Shown: positions 9,436 through 18,809 of the stretch, in pieces
Numbering within the stretch: position 1 is the first letter of the stretch
Layout: every line of letters starts with the position of its first letter
NCBI GenBank assembly: GCA_965207065.1
Contig: OZ242260.1
Location: forward strand, 3,168,001-3,232,000
DNA from: a bacterium
GTDB taxonomy: Bacteria > UBA8248
DNA: 64,000 nucleotides
Direction: 5' to 3'
The notes under the pieces: model-generated
Seen by the model: the letters and a program-made list of their open reading frames with translations, nothing else
The model's database searches: none
What the model was told of the DNA's origin: nothing
Position numbers and translations under genes: made by a program

Positions 9436-11364
9436 TCAGAAGTTCCTCAGGCTATCGCTGTGTGGCTCCCCGGAGCCGTGCGTGTCGTTTCCGATGTTTT
9501 CCGGCAGGAGAGGAGCAGGGCCGCTTTCGTGATCATCGACTTGAGTCGTTTCTTCACCGGAGAGAACGTCCTCGGTTCCGGGCGCTTCGGTTCTCTCGTC
9601 TTCCTTCGGATCGGGAAGCGTCACGCCCTCTCTCGGGATGAAACTCTCGGCCGCCCCGGGCCTTTTCACGTAGTCGAGCCGGATTTGCGCCACGGGCCAG
9701 GGACCGGGGAATTTGAGGTAGCCGTCGAGATTTTCGAGGCGCATGATCTCGGAGGGCAACGCCAGTGGCCGCATCTCCCGGCGCTGCGTGAGCGAGACCC
9801 CGTCCCTCATGGCGCTCGCCCCGTAACTCAGGCCCTCCGCGTATTCGGTGACCTCGCCGCGGCCGAGACTCTCGGCCGACCAGCGCGCCGTCTCCTGGTC
9901 GGGCGCGGCCAGCACCACCCGGGTGCCGCAGAGACCCGATACGGTCTCGGCACCGTTTCGCCCGTACAAATCGCGCAGGGCGGAGATCACCTGGATCCCC
10001 AGCACGAAACACCCCCCGAACTGGCGGGATTCTGCGAGACCGGGTTGTAAGCTCGGCACCTGGTGGAGAGTGGGGAGTTCGTCGAGCACCACCCAGACAC
10101 GGCGCGCGTCGTCCCGGGCGAGGGACAGGAGCGCGTTCACGGCGATCTCGAGCCATGTCGAGATGAGTCCCCGGAGACTCGCGTGCTGGTCCCCCCGCGA
10201 GGTAAGGAACAGGAAGCCGGTCTCGTCCTCCCGCTCCACCCACTCCCTTATCGAAAAAGGCTTTCCCGAGTCGGGCAGGCACTCCAGCGCGCCCAGGTGC
10301 GCGGTCAGCATCGCCCGCACCGAGAGCGCGGTCTTGGGGTTCTCGGGATCCACGATGGACTGCGCCACCGTGCCCTCCATGGCCTCCGCGAGGGCAGTCA
10401 ACTCCGTCTTGAGCAGGTGTTTTACGAGTACGCTGTTCTCCGTCACACCGCGCTTCCAGAGGACGCCCGCGCCGTTCGCGAACAGCTGCCGCGCGGCCGT
10501 CACCCAGAAGGGGTCCACCGTGTCCTTCTGCTGGGGAATGAGCGCAGCCGCCATCGTATCGAAATCCCGCGGCGTCCTGGCTTCCAGGAAAGGCGACCAC
10601 CGCGGCGCCCGGGCGTCTAAGGGATTCATCAGCACGTCGCTGGCGGGGTCGAAGAACGCCCGCGTGTAGCTTCCCATCTTGTCGTAGAGGATGCAGCGCT
10701 CCCCCCGGGCGCGTATCTGCGCGACCAGGTCCGATATCAGAACGGTCTTCCCCGAACCCGTGGTGCCCGAGACGATGGTGTGCTGGGTCTCGGCGCGCTC
10801 GGGCCAGGGGACGCCCGCGATGCAGGGCGTGGACTTGCGCGCGGCCGGGAAGAATCTTCCCGCCAGGCGGGAGAAGAGAGGCGTAACGCGTCTCGCGAGC
10901 GCTCCCGCAGTCGTCATCTCCGCTCCCCGCACCCTGTGCGCCCTCGCCATGCGCCGGCCCAGCAGCCAGAAGAAGAGTGCAAAGAGCACGATGCCGCCCA
11001 GACCGAGCCAGAGGCCCATCCAGGCCCTGGCATGGACGGTATCGAGAATGCGTCTCCTGATCCGCTCGATCCTGGGATCACTTGCGATGAGAGATATCCG
11101 CTCCAGCGTCTTCTCGCCCTCGCTCCACTCGTAGGTCTGGCGCGAATCGGGGTCGAATTTCAGGCCGAGCTTGAACTCGGCGAGGGTTCCCATGCCCAGG
11201 ACGCGCCATTCATGCGCGCTCGTCGTCGTGAAGAGGCTCACCGCAGGGGTCAGGACGATGCTCAGGACGAGTCCTAAAATCCCCCAGCGGACCAATTGGC
11301 CCCACATGCGAGCGTCGTGGAGCAGCGTCTGGCCGCCGCGAAGGGTGGCGTTTCCAATGGTCAT
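9436..11364 (-). CDS. traD: Type IV coupling protein
   Basis: Two N-terminal TM segments; Walker A GTTGSGKT; LDELPTL; ESRQFGG; start set at ATG 11364, preceded by AAAGGAG. Confidence 0.93.
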   Translation of the reverse strand: MTIGNATLRGGQTLLHDARMWGQLVRWGILGLVLSIVLTPAVSLFTTTSAHEWRVLGMGTLAEFKLGLKFDPDSRQTYEWSEGEKTLERISLIASDPRIERIRRRILDTVHARAWMGLWLGLGGIVLFALFFWLLGRRMARAHRVRGAEMTTAGALARRVTPLFSRLAGRFFPAARKSTPCIAGVPWPERAETQHTIVSGTTGSGKTVLISDLVAQIRARGERCILYDKMGSYTRAFFDPASDVLMNPLDARAPRWSPFLEARTPRDFDTMAAALIPQQKDTVDPFWVTAARQLFANGAGVLWKRGVTENSVLVKHLLKTELTALAEAMEGTVAQSIVDPENPKTALSVRAMLTAHLGALECLPDSGKPFSIREWVEREDETGFLFLTSRGDQHASLRGLISTWLEIAVNALLSLARDDARRVWVVLDELPTLHQVPSLQPGLAESRQFGGCFVLGIQVISALRDLYGRNGAETVSGLCGTRVVLAAPDQETARWSAESLGRGEVTEYAEGLSYGASAMRDGVSLTQRREMRPLALPSEIMRLENLDGYLKFPGPWPVAQIRLDYVKRPGAAESFIPREGVTLPDPKEDERTEAPGTEDVLSGEETTQVDDHESGPAPLLPENIGNDTHGSGEPHSDSLRNF

Positions 11365-11530
11365 ACGATTCTCCTTTTTCATACTGTCTGCATGGTTGTG
11401 CTGCCGGCGTCTTGGCCTCGCGATGCGCCGCGCGGAGGCCGGGGAGAGAAGCCCGAGGGCGCGGGTGGAGGATCGAGAGAGAGGCTGCCGCGCCCGCATT
11501 CAGTCAACCCAAAACCAGGGAGGAACACCC

Positions 11531-11878
11531 ATGAAAAACCAAAAACCATCCACCAAGGTACGGATAATCGTCCTCTGTGGACCCCTCCTGGCGTTCATCT
11601 TCACCCTCCATGTCCTCGCGGGCGGAGGCGGCGCGGGTTTTCTCCCTGAAATCTGGTTCTGGACCGTCCTCTGGACCTTTCTCGCGGCGCTTGCGGGCGC
11701 CCTGTGGCGGGCGTACCGGGGGGACCGATCCGCCTTCGCCGGCTACGAGCTCCCCGAAGGGGACGGCGATCGTTTCGACTGGGGCACCCGTACCGGCCGC
11801 CACGCCTGGCGACGGGAATACGAGGAGGAAGGGCTTTATGACGGCGACGATTTCTCCGGTCACGGTCCCATCACCTGA
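11531..11878 (+). CDS. Small membrane protein convergent with traG; candidate entry-exclusion protein
   Basis: GGAGG RBS; 115 aa with two hydrophobic segments and an acidic C-tail; its 3' end overlaps the traG 3' end. Function is inferred from position only. Confidence 0.6.
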   Translation: MKNQKPSTKVRIIVLCGPLLAFIFTLHVLAGGGGAGFLPEIWFWTVLWTFLAALAGALWRAYRGDRSAFAGYELPEGDGDRFDWGTRTGRHAWRREYEEEGLYDGDDFSGHGPIT

Positions 11879-14787
11879 TCGCCAGAAAACCCGCTCCCGC
11901 CTCCGCTTTCCTTCTTCCTCTCCGGTTCGGGCACGGATTTCCTCTCATCCACTCCAGGCGCCGCGTTCCGCGCGGTGCCGTATAGATTCCCGCCCAGCCA
12001 TTCGCCGACGACGGGCAAGTCCTCCACGACGTGCTCCGCGAAGGGTTTCTCTGTCTCGGCTGCCACCTTGGGACGCCCCTGTTGGATGGACTCTCCCGTC
12101 ACGCCCCTGCGGGCTGCACGACCGGCTTCGCGGATGTCGAGTTCGGTCTCGATCTCCGCACGCCCGCGCGCAGCCCGTTCACCGGCGCCGCCCGGCCCGG
12201 GAGCGCCTGCGCCCCGCGCGCGTTCGCGCACCGATCCCGACCAGTCCGACCAGGCCGCGTCCGTCCCCCCCGCTTCGCGCAACCCTTGCCTCGCATGATC
12301 GAATCCTGCTCGACCCGGCGCCGGGTCAGGTCCTCCGCCTGCCGGAAAACGCTCGGCGATGAAGGCGGCGGCGTGAGAGCGAAGCACTTCCGCGTCTTCG
12401 GCCGTCTGCGGCGAGGCCAGGCGCATCGCGCCCGCTACGCCTATCTCGCGCCCGTCCGCTCCCTCCCGCTCGCTGAGCCATGTGAAAAAAGGCTGTCCGA
12501 GTTCGCTCTCGATAGCACGGGAGTTGCCGCGCACCTCCGCCGCCTGGCTCGACCAGTTCTCGGCTTCGCGCCTGCTCACCGCCTCCTGCTCGGAGAAGCG
12601 GCGCATCCGCGTGAGGTTCGCGCCCAGACTCTCATCCAGGCTCTTCATTTCGCTCTCGCCCGACGCCGCCGCGTAGCGTCTCGAGGCGTCTGAGACACGC
12701 GACCAGAGGTCGAGCAATCCATGCTGTCCCGCGTAGTCGGTCATCCGGTTCCATGCCTCGCGACCGATAGTCTGTCCCCGCCAGCTCGCAGACCCGTCGG
12801 CGCCTACCTTGACGATGAAGTCGAACCCCCCGCCCATCCTGGCCTCGCCCGTGAGGACGGCGGCCTGTTCCTTCGTGATGCCGCCGGCTTGCGAGAGTTT
12901 TTCGAGGTGTGATTCGAGTCGCTGCGCGCCCTGGTTCTCGCTCTCCGTCACGCCACGCGCGTGGGTGATGCCGCTCCGCACGTCGCTTGAGAATCGTTCG
13001 ACCATGGCGGCCGAATCCGTTGCGGCGGCCGTCCGCGCGTCAGCCGCTTCCGCCGAGAAGTGACGGGCCTGCTCGACAGCTTCGCCCGCCCGGACCTCGT
13101 GGCTCTGCGCGAGGGATTCCGAGAGCCTGACGCCCGCCGCAGGCACCCGGCTCGTGGCGGAACCCGCGTCCATCACGGCCGCGCCGTCGCCGGTCACGGT
13201 GTAGGCGGCGCCGCCCGGGGCGAAGCCCGTGTATCTCCCTGAGTCCACGTTCGCCGAGGTGCGAAGCTGGTGTCCCTCCATCGTCGCGAAGCGGTGCGTA
13301 TCCGCGCTCGTGTTTCCGAGCGAAATGTTGCCCGTTGCGCCTTCCTGGGCGGCGGACGAGGCCGCGTCCTGGCCGACCGACAGGACTGAGGTCGCCAGGC
13401 TCGTCGCCCGGCCCACCCCGTAGGCGAGGGCGGCGGCGAGAAAGGGCACCGACATCGAGAGGTAGCCCGACATCACCGCCACGTCGGCGGCCACGGCCCG
13501 GATCCCCGCCTGTGCGACGAGCGAGACGCCTATGTCCCCGCCCGGCATGAGCGCGCCCGCGCTCATGCGCTCCGCCGCCTCGCCCATGGCGACACGGTGC
13601 AGGATCGCGTAGAGCGGACCCCAGCTCTGGAGCCAGACGAGGCCCGAGAAGTAGGAGCGGAATATCGCCCCGCCCGCAGGCGTCAGCATCAGCAGGACCG
13701 CCATCGGGAACGCGCCCACGTAGAGGCACTCGAACACGACCCTGAGCATCGGCACCCAGGTCTCGGCCTGCCTGCCGATGGCCCGGTAGGCGGATACGGT
13801 CTGGGCCTCGGCGCGAGCCTCGGTATAGGATCTCAGCGCCGCTGCGTTCCCGGCCTCTGCGCTCCACTGCTCGCCCGCGTCGTGCATGGCGTTCAGCACC
13901 ATTTGCTGGCGCAGGACTTGGGCCGCGCTCCGCGATGCCCCGATCAGGTAGTCGTGCGCGGCGGGAAGCGCGGCCATCAGTTCCGCCTGGGCAAGCGCCT
14001 CGCTCGCAGCCCCCGGGAAGAGCCTCATCCCGAAGACGCCGGACGCCCTCGTGATCTCCGCCCCCCAAAGCGCGTTCAGGCGGGATGCGGCCGTGGCGCA
14101 GGTCACGATTTCGCGGTCCAGCGTCGTGGCGCCCGTGCCCGAGGCCGCGCCACGGGAGACGTATTCCACCATGCGCGCGGGCGAGGCGCCCGCCGAGGGC
14201 GAACCCGAAGCGGTGACTAGCGTCCAGAGGTCCGTGCTCTCGCGCAGGTCGTCGGCCGTTATGTGGCCCAGGAGCAGCGCGTGGAACACGCACTGTCTCG
14301 CGTAGGCCCTCATGTTCCTGGCGAAGACGGCGTCCGTCACCTCCATGCGGGTTACGGCGGCGGCGAGCCTCGCGCCGAAGATGAGCCCGTGGCGGCGGTA
14401 GGCGAGGTCGGCCGGAAGCGAGAAGGCCTGTTCGCTCAGTCGCGTGAGCCCGTCGCCCACCCGGCTCGTGAGCGATGCGAACAGAGCCAGGCCCAGCGGC
14501 ACGTTCGCCACCACGGCGGGCGCCAGGGCGGGGTCGAGCCTGTCCACCACGCGCACCGTTCCCTTCGGAACCACCAGCGCGCCCCACACGACGGTGAACA
14601 GCAGGAGCCATTTCGCGTTGTCCTTCCACGACCCCCCGAACGCGGTTCGGAACAGCGCCCAGGCGAGTCCCGTGACGCCCGCGATCTGCGCCAGCGTTAT
14701 AAAGGCGCCCCCGCCCGTGATGGCGGCGACCGCGTTCAGGAGGTCGACCAGGTAGGTCCCCCCGCCCAGGGTGAAGATTTCATACAT
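11860..14787 (-). CDS. traG: F-type mating-pair stabilisation protein TraG
   Basis: MYEIFTLGGG..LLNAVAA start, VANVPLGLA, WLQSWGPLYAIL, GYLSMSVPFLA; follows traH. Confidence 0.92.
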   Translation of the reverse strand: MYEIFTLGGGTYLVDLLNAVAAITGGGAFITLAQIAGVTGLAWALFRTAFGGSWKDNAKWLLLFTVVWGALVVPKGTVRVVDRLDPALAPAVVANVPLGLALFASLTSRVGDGLTRLSEQAFSLPADLAYRRHGLIFGARLAAAVTRMEVTDAVFARNMRAYARQCVFHALLLGHITADDLRESTDLWTLVTASGSPSAGASPARMVEYVSRGAASGTGATTLDREIVTCATAASRLNALWGAEITRASGVFGMRLFPGAASEALAQAELMAALPAAHDYLIGASRSAAQVLRQQMVLNAMHDAGEQWSAEAGNAAALRSYTEARAEAQTVSAYRAIGRQAETWVPMLRVVFECLYVGAFPMAVLLMLTPAGGAIFRSYFSGLVWLQSWGPLYAILHRVAMGEAAERMSAGALMPGGDIGVSLVAQAGIRAVAADVAVMSGYLSMSVPFLAAALAYGVGRATSLATSVLSVGQDAASSAAQEGATGNISLGNTSADTHRFATMEGHQLRTSANVDSGRYTGFAPGGAAYTVTGDGAAVMDAGSATSRVPAAGVRLSESLAQSHEVRAGEAVEQARHFSAEAADARTAAATDSAAMVERFSSDVRSGITHARGVTESENQGAQRLESHLEKLSQAGGITKEQAAVLTGEARMGGGFDFIVKVGADGSASWRGQTIGREAWNRMTDYAGQHGLLDLWSRVSDASRRYAAASGESEMKSLDESLGANLTRMRRFSEQEAVSRREAENWSSQAAEVRGNSRAIESELGQPFFTWLSEREGADGREIGVAGAMRLASPQTAEDAEVLRSHAAAFIAERFPAGGGPDPAPGRAGFDHARQGLREAGGTDAAWSDWSGSVRERARGAGAPGPGGAGERAARGRAEIETELDIREAGRAARRGVTGESIQQGRPKVAAETEKPFAEHVVEDLPVVGEWLGGNLYGTARNAAPGVDERKSVPEPERKKESGGGSGFSGDQVMGP

Positions 14788-14808
14788 GGATGGTCTCCCT
14801 CGCCGTCG

Positions 14809-16221
14809 CTATCGTGAGGCCCCGGCGCCGCGCGAGAAGGAGAGCGCAGCGCGCAGATCGGCCGAGAGAGCGCCGGCGAGTTCGGTCTCGATGAGACGGA
14901 GTTTTTCGACCACGGCGAGAGCGGTGTTGAAGCGTTTCAGACCCTCGTTCCGGTGGCGCGCGAGAGCGGTGCGGTTTCTTCTCAAACCCTCGCGCCAGCG
15001 CGTGAGACGCTCGCCGTCGGCGACGTCCATGGATCCCGCGCGCTCCTCGATCGCCCGGTGAAGGTCCGATATCCATACCTGGAGCACGTCGAGCGCCACC
15101 GCTTCGGCGAGCGCTTCCACCTCCTGTTCCACCACGGCGCCCCGGTAGGCGGCGGCCGCGTTCACGAGCCGGTAGACGGGCAATGTGGTGAGGTTGACGA
15201 GTCCCAGGGCGTCGGGCGGCGGCGCCGTGTCCGTCCGCACCGCGTCGACCAGGCGGCGGAGCAGTTCCGCGACCCGGTTCCGGAAGCCCCGCGCCGCAGG
15301 GACCGTGAGGCGTCCGAGCGTGGGGTTGAGACACTCGACGGGAGTGTCACAGCGGTAGACCGGCAGGTCGCCGGCGCCTTCCATCAACACCTCGGTCACT
15401 CTCCTGTCGAGCGCCAGGGGTTCGAGCACGCGTACGCGGGGACCGGAAGAATCAGCATCGGTGACAGGGGCGGTCACGATGATGGAACCGGATACGGACA
15501 TGGCGAACTCGCCCAGGTCTCGGTCCGAGGCCAGGAAGCCCGAGGCCCTGACTGCGCGCCAGGCGTAGTTCACGTTGACCGGCGCCTGTTCCTTGAGCGG
15601 CCCCGTGGCCGCGGCAAGGGTCGAATTGCGTTTCCCGTCCGCGCCGCAGCCGTGGCGGGCGGCGGCGTAGTCCGAAAAAATCCCCTGCCTGGTCCCTATC
15701 GCGGCGCAGATGGCCGCGCTCGCCCGGTCGTTCTTCGACCACACCGCGCCGACGAGCGCCTGGGCCGTCTCGCAGGAGTTTACGTTCTGGTTGTTCACCC
15801 ACTGGGCGAGCGCCCTCAGCTTCGACATGGTCTCGGCGATCACGGGCGAGATGGTCTCGAGCGCGAGTTCGAAGGCGAAGCCCGCCGCGTTCTGCGCGAC
15901 GGCGCGCGCGAAGGCGATCATCTGGTCCGAATCGATGAAGGAAAAAGCACCCGCGAACGCGTCGATGCCCCCGCAGCCCGCGCGGTATGAGGGTAGGCTC
16001 ACCGTCGCGATCGACTCGGAACGCACCGGCGCGCGTAGATACAAATTCCCGAGTGTCCAGTGGCCCGAAGCCTGGCCGTCGAAGGCGGTGGGTCCGGTGG
16101 TGTTCACGGCCGCGCCCCGCCAGAAGCTCTCCATCTCCGATAAAACGTCCGCGCGCGCCGGCGCGGCAAAAAGTAACGCGGCGCCCAGGATGAGCAGTAT
16201 GAAATTTCGTTTAGTAGTCAC
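14809..16221 (-). CDS. traH: F-type pilus assembly protein TraH
   Basis: Signal peptide; AGCGGIDAFAGAFSFID; NSCETA. Confidence 0.93.
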   Translation of the reverse strand: MTTKRNFILLILGAALLFAAPARADVLSEMESFWRGAAVNTTGPTAFDGQASGHWTLGNLYLRAPVRSESIATVSLPSYRAGCGGIDAFAGAFSFIDSDQMIAFARAVAQNAAGFAFELALETISPVIAETMSKLRALAQWVNNQNVNSCETAQALVGAVWSKNDRASAAICAAIGTRQGIFSDYAAARHGCGADGKRNSTLAAATGPLKEQAPVNVNYAWRAVRASGFLASDRDLGEFAMSVSGSIIVTAPVTDADSSGPRVRVLEPLALDRRVTEVLMEGAGDLPVYRCDTPVECLNPTLGRLTVPAARGFRNRVAELLRRLVDAVRTDTAPPPDALGLVNLTTLPVYRLVNAAAAYRGAVVEQEVEALAEAVALDVLQVWISDLHRAIEERAGSMDVADGERLTRWREGLRRNRTALARHRNEGLKRFNTALAVVEKLRLIETELAGALSADLRAALSFSRGAGASR

Positions 16222-17008
16222 TTCCGACCTCCCTGGCGGTGAGGGCGAAGATGCGCTCGGCCAGCTGGTCTTCGGCGACGACGCCGTACGAGACCGGAAG
16301 CGCCTGACGGGTCTGCGTGTCGTAGAGGACGACGGCGGGCAGGACGGGAGCCTTAATGCCCAGCCGCGCGGCGCGGCCCTGGTCGGGGACCGCTTCGGGC
16401 CAGCCTTCGAGCGCCCCTCCCGTCATCGAGACGGCGAGCACCTCGAGCCCGTGGCGCTGCGCGAAGGCGCGAAGGAGGGGCCCGAAGACGCGGCATCCCG
16501 GACAGCGCTCGGATCCCAGGTAGATGAGGCCGTAACGCTCCCCGAGCTCCGCCAATGCCGCATTGCGCTCCGCCCGGCGCTCTTCCGTCCAGAGCCTCTT
16601 GGCGAGCGCGCCCACCGGGCGTCTCAGCGTGTAGTCGAGGGCGGGGTTCGCCCAGACCGCGCGGCGGAAGGCGTCCGAGAAGCTCGCCGCGCTCTGCAGC
16701 GTCTCCTGCTGGAGGCGCATGTAGGCCGTGACGTTGGCCGGTGTCGGCTCCAGGATCGCTTGCGCGCGGGCTTCTTCCAGCGCCCGGCGTGTCGCCATGA
16801 TGCGTTCGGTGGCGCTGGTAACCGGCGGCGCCTTCGTCGCCTGTGCTTCCTCTTCCGTTTCCTCCTCGATGCGGTCACAATAAAAATGCCAGCCGAGGGG
16901 AGAAGTCACCTTCGCGCCGCACCAGGAGCGCCATTCCCGAGCGTCTGCGGAGGCGGCGGAGAAGACGTAAAAAAGGCAGGCGAGTATGAGTGCGTACGTG
17001 TTGATCAT
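16211..17008 (-). CDS. traF: F-type TraF thioredoxin-like pilus assembly protein
   Basis: GWHFYC, AILEPTPANV, CPGC, LAVSMTG motifs. Confidence 0.9.
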   Translation of the reverse strand: MINTYALILACLFYVFSAASADAREWRSWCGAKVTSPLGWHFYCDRIEEETEEEAQATKAPPVTSATERIMATRRALEEARAQAILEPTPANVTAYMRLQQETLQSAASFSDAFRRAVWANPALDYTLRRPVGALAKRLWTEERRAERNAALAELGERYGLIYLGSERCPGCRVFGPLLRAFAQRHGLEVLAVSMTGGALEGWPEAVPDQGRAARLGIKAPVLPAVVLYDTQTRQALPVSYGVVAEDQLAERIFALTAREVGSDY

Positions 17009-17017
17009 GGTCTCCCC

Positions 17018-18088
17018 TCACTGGTTCCTCGTATAGAAATTGCGTATGCGCTCCCTCATCAAGGAGCCGGTATCCCCGGAGTCGGGGAGCGCAATGGATG
17101 GTTCGCTCGCGCCGTCCATGAGGTTTGATGTGAACTCCGACAGGTCCACGGCCTCGAAGTCGATTCGTTCCATCTCCTCTACGGTGAAGCCCCGGCAATT
17201 GCCCCAGCCGATTCCGAGCTGCGCCCGCGCCGCTTCCTGCAGGATGCGGCCGAGCTTCGAGCCGAAGACGCACCAGACACGTTTCCGTCGGATACAGACC
17301 CCGAATATCCGCCTGGCGCACCGGACTCCGAGGTAATGGGTATTGCCCGCGTGGCGCTCCTGCGCCAGGAGGCGTTCGGCCTCGGTGCAGTTTCCCAGAC
17401 CGATGAAAAGGCCCGAGTTCTTGCAGCAGTTCGCCAGTCCGCCCCACCTGATCCGGCACGATCTACGTTCGCCCCGGAAGAAGAGCAGGTTCCCGCGGTC
17501 GAATTCCTCGCCGCCCAGTTCCAGCACCATGTTGAGTTTCGCCGCCGCGTCCACGAACCCGGTGCCCGCCTGTGAGGTTGCCGTCCCGCAGTCCGCGCCG
17601 GCGCACCACCTGACGCCACCGCAGGCGCCGCCCGATTCGGCCCGGTCGAGACCCGACGCGCAGTCCGAGATCGACCCCGAGGCCAGGCCCGAGGCGCCGA
17701 AGCGCGAAGCGCCGGGGTCGCTCTGGATTTCTCCGGCGCGCCCTGCGATGGGATCCTCAGCCTCGAGCGAAGCATCCGGTCGCGCGGTTACGCCCTCGAT
17801 CACGGTGCGCCCGGCGCGTCCACCGGGATCTCCGGGATCGGCGAGCGCACGGGCAGCGGCGTTTTCCAGATCGGCCGCATTCAGGTCACGCTCGGGCCGG
17901 TTCGTTCCCGCGTAGCCCGGAACCCCGGATGCCGAAGCGGGGTCTTTCGCGACGGCGGCCGCCGCCGACCGTCCAGCGCTACCCATCGCGCGGGCGGCCG
18001 CCTTGGGGTCTTCGGCCAAGGCGTTGGTGATACTTAAGTGCGCGAGGAGGAAAAGGGTGATCGTTCTCAGCCATAAATTCCGGTTCAT
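17018..18088 (-). CDS. traN: TraN mating-pair stabilisation adhesin (short form)
   Basis: Cys-rich C-terminal TraN motifs NCC, C..AE..L, WCVFGSKLGRILQE, CRGFT, IDFEAVDLSEF; only 356 aa. Confidence 0.88.
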   Translation of the reverse strand: MNRNLWLRTITLFLLAHLSITNALAEDPKAAARAMGSAGRSAAAAVAKDPASASGVPGYAGTNRPERDLNAADLENAAARALADPGDPGGRAGRTVIEGVTARPDASLEAEDPIAGRAGEIQSDPGASRFGASGLASGSISDCASGLDRAESGGACGGVRWCAGADCGTATSQAGTGFVDAAAKLNMVLELGGEEFDRGNLLFFRGERRSCRIRWGGLANCCKNSGLFIGLGNCTEAERLLAQERHAGNTHYLGVRCARRIFGVCIRRKRVWCVFGSKLGRILQEAARAQLGIGWGNCRGFTVEEMERIDFEAVDLSEFTSNLMDGASEPSIALPDSGDTGSLMRERIRNFYTRNQ

Positions 18089-18798
18089 GGGTGTTCTCCC
18101 CTGAGTTTCCCGAGATGATGCCGCGCCGTCTCGCGGCCCGGTCCGCCCTCAAGTGCGATGATCGAAAGCGCGGCGTCGAGACCGGTGTTTCCTTTAATAC
18201 GGTCGTGGGGAGGTGACGGATCCGATGCACAGCCCCTGCTCTTACACGCCGGCACGCCGCCCGGGACGACGACGACGGCGGGCACGGCGGTGACCTCGAA
18301 CAGCCGGAAAAGGCGCGGGTCGATCGCCGCGCCCGCGCCTTCCGCGAGATGCGCCCCGACGCGTTTCACCGTGGCCCTGAGTCCTCCCCGCGCGACGCCG
18401 CGCAGCACCAGCGGCGCGCCGATCCTCGTCGCCTCGGCGCTCCATTCACGCCAAACCGATGCGGGAATCGATAGACTCATGAAAACAATGACTTTGGAAC
18501 CTTTAGGAGGCGCTGACAGATTCTCCGCCAGGCTCCCCGCGAGGTTCTCGGCCGGGAGGGAGGAGGGAGATTTGGGGGCGTTTTTGCCCGCTTGTTCCAA
18601 GGCTCGCTCCAATACCGAGCGCGACCAGGAGCCGAGGTCGCCGTGTGGAGATTCCGGCGTTTTGCGGAGCGCATCTTCCACCATCTCGCGCGCGGCTTTT
18701 TCAGCTGTATCTTGCGAAAAAACCGGAGTGTTCCATGCCGCGAGAAGGAAGGAACAAAAAAGCGCCATAACAGTCATATTGATCACTTTGCAGCCCAT
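18085..18798 (-). CDS. trbC: F-type pilus assembly protein TrbC
   Basis: VFMSLSIP, LVLRG, IDPRLFRLFEVTAVPAVVV, DRIKGN; start uncertain (18798 or a downstream Met). Confidence 0.85.
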   Translation of the reverse strand: MGCKVINMTVMALFCSFLLAAWNTPVFSQDTAEKAAREMVEDALRKTPESPHGDLGSWSRSVLERALEQAGKNAPKSPSSLPAENLAGSLAENLSAPPKGSKVIVFMSLSIPASVWREWSAEATRIGAPLVLRGVARGGLRATVKRVGAHLAEGAGAAIDPRLFRLFEVTAVPAVVVVPGGVPACKSRGCASDPSPPHDRIKGNTGLDAALSIIALEGGPGRETARHHLGKLRGEHP

Positions 18799-18809
18799 TA
18801 TAAAAATAA

